DNA of 64,000 nucleotides from Macrostomum hystrix (lineage: Eukaryota; Animalia; Platyhelminthes). A model generated the notes under the pieces. The model had not been told where the DNA came from. It searched no databases and saw only the letters and a program-made list of their open reading frames with translations. The stretch is from contig CATNEN010000039.1 in assembly GCA_950097015.1 (NCBI GenBank), positions 4,092,001 to 4,156,000 on the forward strand. The letters are read 5' to 3'. The position numbers were made by a program, and so were the translations under genes. Within the stretch, counting starts at the first letter, position 1; every line of letters starts with the position of its first letter. Shown piece after piece: positions 1 through 12,652 of the stretch.

Positions 1-1980
1 AGGAAAACACAGATATCCACCAATACCTAGAGAATCCCAACCAATATCTACAGAATCCCCTCTAATCCGGAGAGAATCGCAACCAATATCTACAGAATCC
101 CCACTAATCCGGAGAGAATCCCAACCAATATCTACAGAATCCCCTCTAATCCGGAGAGAATCCCAACCAATATCTACAGAATCCCCTCTAATCCGGAGAG
201 AATCCCAACCAATATCTACAGAATCCCCTCTAATCCGGAGAGAATTGCAACCAATATCTACAGAATCCCCTCTAATCCGGAGAGAATCCCAACCAATATC
301 TACAGAATCCCCTCTAATCCGGAGAGAATTGCAACCAATATCTACAGAATCCCCTCTAATCCGGAGAGAATTGCAACCAATATCTACAGAATCCCCTCTA
401 ATCCTGAGAGAATCCCAACCAATATCTACAGAATCCCCTCTAATCCTGAGAGAATCCCAACCAATATCTACAGAATCCCCACTAATCCTGAGAGAATCCC
501 AACCAATATCTACAGAATCCCCTCTAATCCGGAGAGAATTGCAACCAATATCTACAGAATCCCCACTAATCCTGAGAGAATCCCAACCAATATCTACAGA
601 ATCCCCTCTAATCCGGAGAGAATCCCAACCAATATCTACAGAATCCCCTCTAATCCGGAGAGAATCCCAACCAATATCTACAGAATCCCCACTAATCCGG
701 AGAGAATCCCAACCAATATCTACAGAATCCCCTCTAATCCGGAGAGAATCTCAACCAATATCTACAGAATCTCCTCTAATCCGGAGAGAATATCCCAACC
801 AATATCTACAGAATCCCCTCTAATCCGGAGAGAATCCCAACCAATATCTACAGAATCCCCTCTAATCCGGAGAGAATCCCAACCAATATCTACAGAATCC
901 CCTCTAATCCGGAGAGAATCCCAACCAATATCTACAGAATCCCCTCTAATCCGGAGAGAATCCCAACCAATATCTACAGAATCCCCTCTAATCCGGAGAG
1001 AATCCCAACCAATATCTACAGAATCCCCTCTAATCCTGAGAGAATCTCAACCAATATCTACAGAATCCCCTCTAATCCGGAGAGAATCTCAACCAATATC
1101 TACAGAATCCCCTCTAATCCGGAGAGAATCTCAACCAATATCTACAGAATCCCCTCTAATCCGGAGAGAATCCCAACCAATATCTACAGAATCTCCCTGA
1201 ATCCCCACTAATCCGGAGAGAATCCCAACCAATATCTACAGAATCCCCTCTAATCCGGAGAGAATCCCAACCAATATCTACAGAATCCCCACTAATCCGG
1301 AGAGAATCCCAACCAATATCTACAGAATCTCCCTGAATCCCCTCTAATCCGGAGAGAATTGCAACCAATATCTACAGAATCCCCTCTAATCCGGAGAGAA
1401 TCCCAACCAATATCTCCCTGAATCCCCTCTAATCCGGAGAGAATCCCAACCAATATCTACAGAATCCCCTCTAATCCGGAGAGAATCCCAACCAATATCT
1501 ACAGAATCCCCTCTAATCCGGAGAGAATCCCAACCAATATCTACAGAATCCCCACTAATCCGGAGAGAATCCCAACCAATATCTACAGAATCCCCTCTAA
1601 TCCGGAGAGAATCCCAACCAATATCTACAGAATCCCCACTAATCCGGAGAGAATCCCAACCAATATCTACAGAATCCCCACTAATCCGGAGAGAATCCCA
1701 ACCAATATCTACAGAATCCCCACTAATCCGGAGAGAATCCCAACCAATATCTACAGAATCCCCTCTAATCCGGAGAGAATCCCAACCAATATCTACAGAA
1801 TCCCCTCTAATCCGGAGAGAATCCCAACCAATATCTACAGAATCCCCTCTAATCCGGAGAGAATCCCAACCAATATCTACAGAATCCCCTCTAATCCGGA
1901 GAGAATCCCAACCAATATCTACAGAATCTCCCTGAATACCCTCTAATCCCAACAGAACCCCCCTCTCAACATCTACAGAA
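1..1980. repeat. 42-bp minisatellite (CCAACCAATATCTACAGAATCCCCTCTAATCCGGAGAGAATC), probably intronic/5' of the TRIM-like gene
   Basis: Direct tandem periodicity of 42 nt. A degenerate copy (gaatcccaattttcaatatctca) runs to within ~5 nt of the tccag acceptor at 2035. Confidence 0.97.
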
Positions 1981-2051
1981 TGCACACCAATCCGACCAAT
2001 CCGTATAGAATCCCAATTTTCAATATCTCATCCAGCGCCTACCTCGAAGTA

Positions 2052-4745
2052 ATGTCAAACGCTTCAAAGCGCCACCAGCCGCACTGCGATGACGATGATC
2101 TTGAAGGCGCCGACAGCCTAGACGACATTTCGGAGCTCGTCCGCTGTCCAGCCTGCGGCGGCGACTTCTCGGAGCCGCATCTGCTGCCGTGCGGCGACTC
2201 GCTGTGCCGCAGCTGCTTTTTCGACCTGCCAGCCAGGGCCACGGTCCAGCCGAGTCCGCGCCAGCTTCGGCGCTGCCCGCGCTGCCATCGAGACTGCTGC
2301 GCCGACGGCAGCGAGCTGCGCCGCGATGCCAAGACTGAGTGGATCCTGCGGCAGAGGCAGCGGCAAATTCAACGTCGGCAGCTTAACGAAGACTCGTCAG
2401 CGACGACTGCGGCTGCCACTGCGGCCTGCAGCCTGGCGCACTGCGGCCTGCCCGCTGAAGGCCTCGGCTGCTTCTGTGAGCGGCCCCTCTGCGCTGCACA
2501 CCTGGAGCAGGACCTGCAGCAGTTCCGCAGCATCAGGGACTCTCTAATCACCAGTCTGAACAGGGTGGGTTCCGCTTAAACAGTAGAGAGACCACAGGGC
2601 TATTTCGAATACCCGCTGCCTACTTCACGACAGCTCCCAAACCGAATGACCGATTTTCGTGAAAGTCCAGCATATGGATCAAAAAGTTCCGCTCTTGACG
2701 ATGAACTAACTTTCAAAGCCGTCCGAGTCTGCATCGTCGAGATATTCAGTGATTCTTGTCGAAGACCCTGTTGCCAAGGAAACATTGAACTGTATAAACT
2801 TCTGTGGCGAATCTTTATTGGTTAAAAATGAAAACAATTAACAATTAAATCAACCCCAAATTGTTAAGATTGATAGCCGACTTGGCTACATGAGGAAATT
2901 TTGTATGCTGAAAATGATGCCTATACGACTATTGGCATAACAAGAATCTTGGAACATCTCGACGATGCCGACTTTGTTATGCCGTACACATTTTTAAAAA
3001 TATATTTTTATCTAATTATAGGCTAGTAATGGATAATTTAACATTTGGAATGAGCGAATGGGCTGCCGGGTGAAGTACATGATTGGTGCCCCCGCGCTCT
3101 GCAGGTCCGCGAGCAGTCGCTATCTCGAGCCACCGCCATGCAGGAGCTGCTGGCGGCTCACGACCGCGCCATGGAACTACTGGACGCCCTGGCCGAGCGG
3201 CTGGCCCAGTGCCGCCAGCGGGTCTCGACGCGGCTGTCCGCTGCAGCTGCCGGCATCAAAGCTGAGCTGGCGGCGTTGAACTTCGCCGAGGAGCTGAACT
3301 CCGAGGCGAACGCCGCCGAGGCAGCCGGAGATGCGGTTCGCGCCTGCCGTCAGCTGCGGCAGCTGCAGCTCTGCCTCGGAGACGCCGGTGACTTCACCGC
3401 CAGCAGCCAGTTCTTCCAGGACCCGGTGGACGCCACCGTGGAGCTGGCGCAGTTGCTGGCGGATCAGGCGGAGCCGTTGATGAAAGACGTCGAGGCCGGG
3501 GACGGTGGCGCCATCAGGCGGTTGTTCGCCGAGCAGCAGATCAATCCGCGCTTCTGCAGCTTTAATCTTCCGGTGGGATTTAGTGCCACCGCCGCAACCG
3601 TGTGCAGCCAGACTGAGGGCTATTATGTGGACCAGTTCACAGTTTCCTCTGCTCGCAGCGAGGGCGCCAAGCCCCTGCCAGCCTTCTGTCTCGCTATCGG
3701 CGGCAGTCACAAGCAGTTGCTTTGCGTGATCTACTACGGAGTCAGCACCGACTGCTCGTCCGTTGAACTCTGCGCCGGATTCGTTGCGCCCAGCTTGGCT
3801 GCTCTGCCCGGCGATGGGTGGGACGCGGCTGACTCCCTGGTCGGGCTGCACTGCTGCAACAGGAGCCAGTGCCACTTCCTCCTGACGGCCTCCGGCTGCC
3901 TGCTGGAGACCGACCTGGCCGGCCAGCTGCTGCGCCAGTTCCCCAGCCTGCGCGCCCCGACGCCTGTCAGCGGCTTCGCTATCGACGCCGACGCCGAGAA
4001 GATTTACGTCCTGGCTGCTGACGGCCAGCTGGTGCGGATCTGCCGCGAGTCGGCCGAGTCTGTAGGGCCGCCAGTCCGGGCCCTGCCCGCCCCGGCGTCG
4101 GCCGCCTCGCTGGCTGTCCTCGGTAGCCGTCTGCTTCTGGCTGGCGGCTCGGAAACCCTGTTCCTGCTCAACCCGTTGTCGCTTGCTGTCACGCCACTGC
4201 GTCCGCGTCCTGGACGACCGGGCGAGTCAGCAGCTCCGGTGACGCCGGGTGTCACTTCGACCGCGGATACAGTTGTGACTCATGTCAACTGCGGGCTGGC
4301 CGCCGTCTGCTGGATTCCACAGGCTCAGAGTCAGAGCTCGTTGCTCATAGCAACGTCGGTGCCCGATCTGCGCCTCCTGATGGCGCCCACTGGCGACGAG
4401 GTGCAGCAACTGCCAGCGCCCCACTGTCCTGGAATAAGTGCAGGCACTCGCAGTTTCGGTTGTTTTGGTGTTACATTCTGCCAGCGTTTAAATGCGCACC
4501 TGCCACTAATTAGCAGCGCCGGCAGCGCCAGGTCGCGCTTGTTGATGTGCTCAGCGTCCGGGCGGCATCAGCAGACCAGGCTGTTTCTGTTGGCTTTTCC
4601 ACCTATCGCTGAGCTGCCCGCATCAGTTGAACCGTCCATCGACCTGGCCTCTAGCCTAGCCGCTTGCGTTGGCCCCACTCTTTGTAATTGTTCTTGGTGC
4701 ATGAACAGGTGCATTCACCTGAGCTCTTACCTGCTGCCTATCTGA
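2052..4745 (+). CDS. TRIM-like protein: RING, B-box-like, coiled coil, and a C-terminal beta-strand-rich (possibly propeller) region
   Basis: Exons 2052-2564 and 3105-4745, joined by a phase-0 GT-AG intron (LNR|VREQ). RING motif CPAC..LPCGDSLCRSC..CPRC; B-box-like CSLAHC..CFCERPLCAAH; helical heptad segment follows. The true start may lie further upstream. Confidence 0.8.
2600..2990. mobile_element. Dispersed non-autonomous element (family D), degenerate copy
   Basis: tcgtcgagatattcag..gtcgaagac..ctgtggcgaat core shared with ~28075 and ~55300. Internal inverted match catcgtcgagat / atctcgacgatg. Confidence 0.55.
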
Positions 4746-4975
4746 GCTCACTCATAGCCTTACTCTATGCAAGCCTTGACTACGCTTTTAAGGTTGATGT
4801 TTGTTTCTGGTCAGTTTGGGGCTAAAGTTTTGATATTATCGAAAAAGTAAAAAATAAATACAAAAGCTTATTTGCCTCTCCTTATAATCTTCACTTTATT
4901 TTTTCACTCATTCTAAACTTTGTCTGTGCGCTCGTCTTGCAGTCATTTTGTTCGTTTATTGCCTATATTAGCTCC

Positions 4976-5088
4976 AAGGACCACTGTAAGAAGAAGGACG
5001 GGACACTTCGTTTCTTGGAAAGCATGTTGCCTTAAAGAATAAATTTTCCAAGAAACAAAATGTCCCGTCCTTTTTCTAGTGGTCCTTG
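4976..5088. repeat. ~110-bp imperfect palindrome (MITE-like)
   Basis: caaggaccact..aaggacgggaca..gtttcttggaaa is reverse-complementary to tttccaagaaac..tgtcccgtcctt..agtggtccttg. Confidence 0.75.
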
Positions 5089-5149
5089 ATTAGCTGATGA
5101 TTTGAAATTTGAACTCACTTTTGACGAATTCGAAATTGGAAAGGTATAT

Positions 5150-5498
5150 TACACAATTTTACCTCCTATTTTGAACAAAGTCTTGTTCAAAGTTTTACAG
5201 AACTTAAATTCAAACACTTAAAGAAATATCAGCGCTTGCGGAAATTGAGTACAAACAAAGTGCCTTTCTATTGAAACTGAAGAAATTCAATTCAGACTGT
5301 CGCATTGAGGTTGACCAACTGACACTGTCTTGTTCCTGTTTTTCATTTACTCGGGGACAATTTTGGCCATAGACAGTCTGAATTGAATTTCTTCAATAGA
5401 AAGGCACTTTGTTTGTACTCAATTTCCGCAAGCGCTGATATTTCTGTTTGTTTATTTTGAACAAGACTTTGTTCAAAATAGGAGGTAAAATGGTGTAT
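5150..5498. repeat. ~350-bp foldback palindrome (MITE-like)
   Basis: Arms ttttacctcctattttgaacaaagtcttgttcaaa and agaaatatcagcgcttgcggaaattgagtacaaacaaagtgcctttctattgaa..gaaattcaattcagactgtc are mirrored on the right side around a ~70-nt spacer. Confidence 0.85.
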
Positions 5499-5774
5499 AA
5501 AACTATATAATAACTAGAAGCAATGTATTTCTAGTTTGTAAATGTGCGCATCAACTCAGGTTCATATTCTTAAATGTGTTCTAGAATAATAAAATATTCC
5601 CTAGAAAAACCCCTTTAGATTGAGGATGAAAATATGATAAGATCAATGGTTAAGAAGATAATTCTAGTGGGTCAATAGAGAAGTACTGGAGGCTGAGAAT
5701 TCATCTACTCGTGAACATGTTCTGTCGCTGTCGACTTCACTGTTCCTCCTTCCTCTGACTGCCGACTCGATTCG

Positions 5775-8700
5775 TCAGTTCTTGCCGTCTAGTTGCGGGC
5801 TGATTGTCGATTCAATCGTAAAGCTGGCCATTGTCGACGAGCTCTTGGCCAGCTTCTTGTAGTTGACGTCGGCGGATAGCGGCGTGCTCTCGCTGGCTGC
5901 CACCAGTGCAGCCGGGCTCTGGCTGCTGTGCCGGATGCCGTAGCCAAAGTACACTAGCAAGCCTACGGCCAGCCAGACAAAGAAGCGAATCCAGGTGACC
6001 ACCTTGATTGGGGAGAATTTCGTGATATTTGAGTAGGTGAGAATTGGGATTTAAAATAGGTGAGAATTGGGATTTCGAGTGGGTGAGAATGAGGATTTTA
6101 AATAGGTGAGAATAGAGATTTTTAGTAGGTCAGAATGGGGATTTGAAATAGTTGATAATGAGGATTCTGAGTAGGTGAAAATTATGATTTTGAGTAGGTG
6201 AGAATGAGGATTTTGAGTAGGTGAGAATGAGGATTTCGAGTAAGTGAGAATAAGGATTTTTAGTAGGTGCGGTAAGGATTTGAGTAGGTGCGGTAAGGAG
6301 TTGAGTAGGTGCGGTAAGGATTTGAGTAGGTGCGGTAAGGAGTTGAGTAGGTGCGGTAAGGAGTTGAGTAGGTGCGGTAAGGAGTTGAGTAGGTGCGGTA
6401 AGGAGTTGAGTAGGTGCGGTAAGGAGTTGAGTAGGTGCGGTAAGGAGTTGAGTAGGTGCGGTAAGGATTTGAGTAGGTGCGGTAAGGAGTTGAGTAGGTG
6501 CAGTAAGGAGTTAAGTAGGTGCGGTAAGGTGTTAAGTAGGTGCGAATAAGGATTTGAGTAGGTGCGGTAAGGATTTGAGTAGGTGCGAATAAGGATTTGA
6601 ATAGGTGCGAATAAGGATTTTGAGTAGGTGAGATTTAAAATGTGGATTTGGGATTTTAAGTAGGTGAGAATGTGTAATCTTAATTGGTGAGAACGCTGAT
6701 GTTCATTAGTTGAGAATGGGGCTTTTGATTATATGAGAATTGGGATTTGAGTTGGTGAGAATGAGGATTTTGAAAAGGCGAGAGTTGGGTTTAATAAATA
6801 GTGAATTTTTAGAGCCTAATAATCAATAATTTTATTAATATAATTTTTTAATAAAGCTAAATGATTGAAATGTTCTGCAGCTGCTATTCAAAACAAAGTA
6901 CAAACTGCACTAAATTTCTAACCAGCTGCCTAAACTGCGCATGTTTAGCAGCGCACCTGCAGCTTCATGATCAGTGTGACGTTCAGCGCCACCACCACAC
7001 AGGGCAGCAGGGGCACTCCCGGAGCTCTGAAGGTGCTGATCTGCGGGTCCTGCTGGTGGGCCAGGATCAGCAGACAGCCTGCCGCCGCCTGCAGGATGAA
7101 CAGCAGCAGCAGCAGAATCGCCCACCAGCTGGCGTCGAGCAGGTGGGCGGTGGCCAGGTTTGCCACCAGACAGGCTGAGATGACACCGGACACCAGCACC
7201 TGGCGAGTGAGGTCGGCTTGATTACCTGACCTGACCTGACCCAATCCTGACCTGACCTAATCCTGACCTGACCCAATCCTGACCTGACCCAATCCTGACC
7301 TAATCCTGACCTGACCCGGTCCTGACCTGACCTAATCCTGACCTGACCCAATCCTGACCTGACCCAATCCTGACCTAATCCTGACCTGACCCAATCCTGA
7401 CCTGACCCAATCCTGACCCAATCCTGACCTGACCCAGTCCTGACCCGACCTGTTTTTCTGGATGGCTGTAGGCACAGCAATTGGTGACAATAGACCCGAG
7501 ACAATTCTGCCCATTTCGCTGACTGCTGGGCGCACACTCTCAGGTACTGTACGCAGGCACACACTCACACAGGTGTGTAAATCTACTCTACTGACTTTCT
7601 CATCTTTCTACTGCTCACTGAACGGCCCGACTGCAGCCTACCGCGAGTCCCATCAGCGGTCCCTGCCCGGGCGCCAGCGACCTCAGGCCGGGCAGGTGGG
7701 CGAATCGTGGCTTCACGGCACCCACAGCGTCAGCTTCTTCGTCGGCCTCGTTGCTCGAATCTCCTGACATCGCGGGGCGTCGGTAGCGCAGGACGACAAC
7801 GTTGCAGGCAACAATGGTGTAGGCCACCAGAGTACCGATGGACAGGAAGTCGGCCAGGGCTTCAATGTCAAGGATCAGCGCCAGAAGAGCTGCCAGCGCG
7901 CTAGCGGAGATGATGGCCAGCACGGGCGCCCGGGTTCGCGGCCAGACGTAGGCCAGCTGACGAAAGATCAGACCGTCTGTGGCCATGGCGTACACCACCC
8001 GCGGCATGGCGTAGTTGTTGCAGTAGAGCGCCGCCGTGATGCCCGCGATGGAGCCGATGCCTTTCCAGGAAATGGGATTTCAGAATAGGGGAGCAGTAAT
8101 TCAGCACCTCAAATAATAATAACAATTGCAGGAGGGCTGCGGGCAATGGCACATCATTTGGTAAATCCCACACCGCATCCCACTTGCGATAATCCTCAAA
8201 TCCCACACTTCATCCCACCTGTGATAATCCTCGAATCCCATACCACATCCTACCTGTGATAATCCTCAAATCTCATACCACATCCCACCTGCGATAATCC
8301 TCAAATCCCGCACCGCATCCCACCTGTGATAATCCTCAAATCCCACACCGCATCCCACCTGCGATAATCTTCAAATCCCACACCGCATCCCACCTGTGAT
8401 AATCCTCAAATCCCATACCGCATCCCACCTGTGATAATCCTCAAATCCCACACCGCATCCCACCTGCGATAATCCTCAAATCCCACACCACATCCCACAC
8501 CGCATCCCACCTGCGACAATCCTCAAATCCCATACCACATCCTACCTGTGATAATCCTCAATCTCATACCACATCCTACCTGTGATAATCCTCAAATCTC
8601 ATACCACATCCCACTTGCGATAATTCTCAATCCCATACCACATCCTACCTGTGATAATCCTCAAATCTCATACCACATCCCACCTGCGATAATCCTCAAA

Positions 8701-11700
8701 TCCCACACCACATCCCACCTGCGATAATCCTCAATCCCATACCACATCCTACCTGTGATAATCCTCAAATCTCATACCACATCCCACCTGCGATAATCCT
8801 CAAATCCCACACCGCATCCCACCTGTGATAATCCTCAACCCCATACCACATCCTACCTGTGATAATCCTCAAATCCCATACCACATCCCACTTGCGATAA
8901 TCCTCAAATCCCATACCGCATCCTACCTGCGATAATCCTCAATCCCATACCACATCCTACCTGTGATAATCCTCAAATCCCATACCACATCCCACCTGTG
9001 ATAATCCTCAATCCCATACCACATCCTACCTGTGATAATCCTCAAATCTCATACCACATCCCACCTGCGATAATCCTCAAATCCCACACCGCATCCCACC
9101 TGTGATAATCCTCAAATGCCACACCGCATCCCACCTGTGATAATCCTCAATCCCATACCACATCCTACCTGCGATAATCCTCAAATCCCACACCACATCC
9201 TACCTGCGATAATCCTCAAATCCCACACCGCATCCCACCTGTGATAATCCTCAATCCCACATCACATCCTACCTGCGATAATCCTCAAATCCCACACCAC
9301 ATCCTACCTGTGATAATCCTCAAATCCCACATCACATCCTACCTGCGATAATCCTCAAATCCCACACCGCATCCCACCTGTGATAATCCTCAAATCTCAT
9401 ACCACATCCCACTTGCGATAATCCTCAAACCCCACACCGCATCCCACCTGCGATAATCCTCGAATCCCAAACCACATCCCACCTGTGATAATCTGCGCCC
9501 AGTGCAGGTGTCGGCCAGCCAGGGCAGCAGTAAATGCGGCTTGCATGTCAATTTGTTGCCAGGGCTCAAACAGGGTCAGGGCCGCACTGGCCAGCACTAG
9601 CAGCAGCGTCACGACTGTCACGGAGACTCCGGTGGCTATTGGCAGAGACTTCTGCGGCGTCAGGGCCTCCTCGGTGGAGACGCTGATGGCGTCGAAGCCG
9701 ATGAAGGCGTAGAAGCAGGTGGCGGCGCCGGACAGAACTCCCGTGAACTCGAACGGCATGAAGGTGTGCTCGGTCCAGTTGGCCAGTCGGGCAAAGTGCA
9801 GCATCACGCAGGTGGTGAACGCCAGAACGATCAAATTTATCGACGTCGTCACCGTGTTGAAATGCTTCGAGATTCTGGCGCCGAGACAGAGCAGGATGCC
9901 GACAAATAGAACTGCGCCGAATGACAGCAGGTCCGGGTAGTAGGAGATCATGTAGTCGCTTGATGTGGTGTTGGGCTGCAGTGTGTAGAATGTGCCGACG
10001 TTTTGGACGCTCCAATTCGCCAGCCGATTGCCGGAGAGCGCGTTGACTGTGCCGCTGAGGCCTCGGGCGATGCTGGATGCGGACAGGACGTACTCCAGGA
10101 TGATGCTCCAGCCAATCACGAAGCCTGAAGACAGGGAAATGTGTGGAGTGTGAAGTGTGAAGGGAGAGAGCGGAAAGTGTGTGGAGATTAGTAGAGAGCG
10201 GATATTGTGAACAATGGGAAAGAGCGGATATTGTGAACAATGGGAAAGAGCGGATATTGTGAACAATGGGAGAGAGCGGATATTGTGAACAATTGGAAAG
10301 AGTGGATATTGTGAACAATGGGAAAGAGCGGATATTGTGAACAATGGGAGAGAGCGGATATTGTGAACAATTGGAAAGAGTGGATATTGTGAACAATTGG
10401 AAAGAGTGGATATTGTGAACAATGGGAGAGAGCGTAAGTCGTTAGTAGAGCACGACTAAAAAAAAATTTCATCTGATTCACCCAGAAACTCTCCGGCCGC
10501 AATGTAAGTGTAGCTGTAAGCGCTGCCCGCCTTCGGCACGCGAGCGCCTAATTCGGCGTAGCACAGGCCGTTAAGGAAGGCGGTGACACCGGCGATCAGG
10601 TAAGACAGAAAGGTGGCCGGACCGGCTTTGCGGCGCACTACTGTGCCGGTCAAGACGTATATGCCAGCGCCGCACATGTTGCCTGCAGGTTTAGTGGCAT
10701 TGTGCTGTCACAGGACATGGTATTGGTGAGGCATTGTGCTGTCACAGGACATGGTATTGGTGAGGCATTGTGCTGTCACAGGACATGGTATAGGTGAGGC
10801 ATTCTGCATTGTGCTGTCACAGGACATGGTATTGGTGAGGCATTGTGCTGTCACAGGACATGGTGTTGGTGAGGCATTGTGCTGTCACAGGACATGGTGT
10901 TGGTGAGGCATTGTGCTGTCACAGGACATGGTGTTGGTGAGGCATTGTGCTGTCACAGGACATGGTATTGGTGAGGCATTGTGCATTGTGCTGTCACAGG
11001 ACATGGTATTGGTGAGGCATTGTGCTGTCACAGGATATTGTGTTGGTGAGGCATTGTGCTGTCACAGGATATTGTGTTGGTGAGGCATTGTGCTGTCACA
11101 GGATATTGTGTTGGTGAGGCATTGTGCTGTCACAGGACATGGTATTGGTGAGGCATTGTGCTGTCACAGGACATGGTATAGGTGAGGCATTGTGCATTGT
11201 GCTGTCACAGGACATGGTGTTGGTGAGGCATTGTGCTGTCACAGGACATGGTGTTGGTGAGGCATTGTGCTGTCACAGGACATGGTATAGGTGAGGCATT
11301 GTGCATTGTGCTGTCACAGGACATGGTATTGGTGAGGCATTGTGCTGTCACAGGACATGGTGTTGGTGAGGCATTGTGCTGTCACAGGACATGGTGTTGG
11401 TGAGGCATTGTGCTGTCACAGGACATGGTGTTGGTGAGGCATTGTGCTGTCACAGGACATGGTATTGGTGAGGCATTGTGCATTGTGCTGTCACAGGACA
11501 TGGTATTGGTGAGGCATTGTGCATTGTGCTGTCACAGGACATGGTGTTGGTGAGGCATTGTGCTGTCACAGGACATGGTGTTGGTGAGGCATTGTGCTGT
11601 CACAGGACATGGTATAGGTGAGGCATTGTGCATTGTGCTGTCACAGGACATGGTGTTGGTGAGGCATTGGGCTGTCACAGGACATGGTGTTGGTGAGGCA

Positions 11701-12392
11701 TTGTGCTGTCACAGGACATGGTGTTGGTGAGGCATTGTGCTGTCACAGGATATTGTGTTGGTGAGGCATTGTGCTGTCACAGGACATGGTGTTGGTGAGG
11801 CATTGTGCTGTCACAGGATATTGTGTTGGTGAGGCATTGTGCTGTCACAGGACATGGTGTTGGTGAGGCATTGTGCTGTCACAGGACATGGTGTTGGTGA
11901 GGCATTGTGCTGTCACAGGACATGGTGTTGGTGAGGCATTGTGCTGTCACAGGACATGGTATTGGTGAGGCATTGTGCATTGTGCTGTCACAGGACATGG
12001 TGTTGGTGAGGCATTGTGCTGTCACAGGACATGGTGTTGGTGAGGCATTGTGCTGTCACAGGACATGGTATTGGTGAGGCATTGTGCATTGTGCTGTCAC
12101 AGGACATGGTATTGGTGAAGCATTGTGCATTGTGCTGTCACAGGACATGGTGTTGGTGAGGCATTGTGCTGTCATAGGATATTGTGTTGGTGAGGCATTG
12201 TGCTGTCATAGGATATTGTGTTGGTGAGGCATTGTGGTCAAAGGAGTGATCGAAGGAATTACCAATGCCCAGCAGCACGAGGTCCAAGGTGGTCAGGCAG
12301 CGTTGCAGCGGGGTGTCCATGAAGTCGCGGTCCATTGTTTTGCGTCGAAGCATTGCCGACCAAACTGCCCGTAGTCGCTCCGCAGCTGGCAT
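5775..12392 (-). CDS. Cationic amino acid transporter (SLC7/CAT family, APC superfamily)
   Basis: Exons 12392-12263, 10682-10482, 10124-9483, 8060-7642, 7199-6957 and 6002-5775, all GT-AG and phase-consistent. Motifs LQRCLTTLDLVLLGIG, GAGIYVLTG, CYAELGARVPKAGSAYSY, GAATCFYAFIGFD, MPRVVYAMATDGL, FRAPGVP, TWIRFFVWLAVGLLVYFGYGIRHS. Confidence 0.95.
6020..6790. repeat. 21-23-bp minisatellite (GAGTAGGTGCGGTAAGGAGTT) in CAT intron 5
   Basis: Homogeneous 21-mers at ~6260-6540 with degenerate 22-23-mers on both sides. Confidence 0.93.
7225..7450. repeat. CCTGA/CCCAAT short-unit tandem repeat in CAT intron 4
   Basis: Iterated cctgacctgacccaat units starting ~25 nt from the acceptor at 7200. Confidence 0.92.
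7470..7605 (-). mobile_element. SINE family A, internal fragment
   Basis: caattctgcccatttcgctgact..cacactcacacaggtgtgta..ctgactttctcatc matches the copies at 15128 and 58255. Confidence 0.75.
8164..9493. repeat. 34-35-bp minisatellite in CAT intron 3, containing the exon 3 donor junction
   Basis: Sense unit GATTATCACAG|GTGGGATGCGGTGTGGGATTTGAG. The first copy is the real exon end plus donor at 9483/9482. Confidence 0.96.
10193..10435. repeat. 26-bp minisatellite (AAGAGCGGATATTGTGAACAATGGGA) in CAT intron 2
   Basis: About 9 tandem copies with period 26. Confidence 0.95.
10697..12236. repeat. 34-bp minisatellite (GTCACAGGACATGGTGTTGGTGAGGCATTGTGCT, with 41-bp variants) filling CAT intron 1
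   Basis: Period 34. Occupies almost the whole intron 10683-12262. Confidence 0.97.
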
Positions 12393-12416
12393 GACTGAAG
12401 CTTTGATAGACGAACC

Positions 12417-12652
12417 AGATATTAGTCTGCTAGGTTTTAGTAGATTTTTCTGATAGGTTTTGGTAGATTAGTCTGGTAGGTTTCGGTTAATTAGTCTGGT
12501 AGTTTTCGGTTAATTAGTCTGGTAGGTTTAGTAGATTAGTCTGGTAGGTTTCGGTTATTTAGTCTCGTAGGTATCGGTAGATTAGTCTGGTAGGTATCGG
12601 TAGATTAGTCTAGTAGGTATCGGTAGATTAGTCTGGTAGGTTTCAGTAGACT
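12417..12652. repeat. ~23-bp minisatellite (TAGATTAGTCTGGTAGGTWTCGG) in the probable 5'-UTR intron of the CAT gene
   Basis: Tandem copies lie between an AG just upstream of the ATG and a minus-strand GTAAGT donor at 12760-12755. Confidence 0.85.

Noticed and set aside
245-1985. Long repetitive ORFs (QPISTESPLIRRES etc.; likewise at 13021, 18287, 21598, 48892, 50729-52300 and 62714)
   Set aside because: They are translations of minisatellites, most of which lie in introns of phase-consistent genes. Indel variants break the frames.
10193-10435. Resemblance of the 26-mer to the lac operator (GAGCGGATA, TTGTG, AACAATT)
   Set aside because: The blocks are permuted relative to lacO and there is no vector sequence nearby; coincidence.
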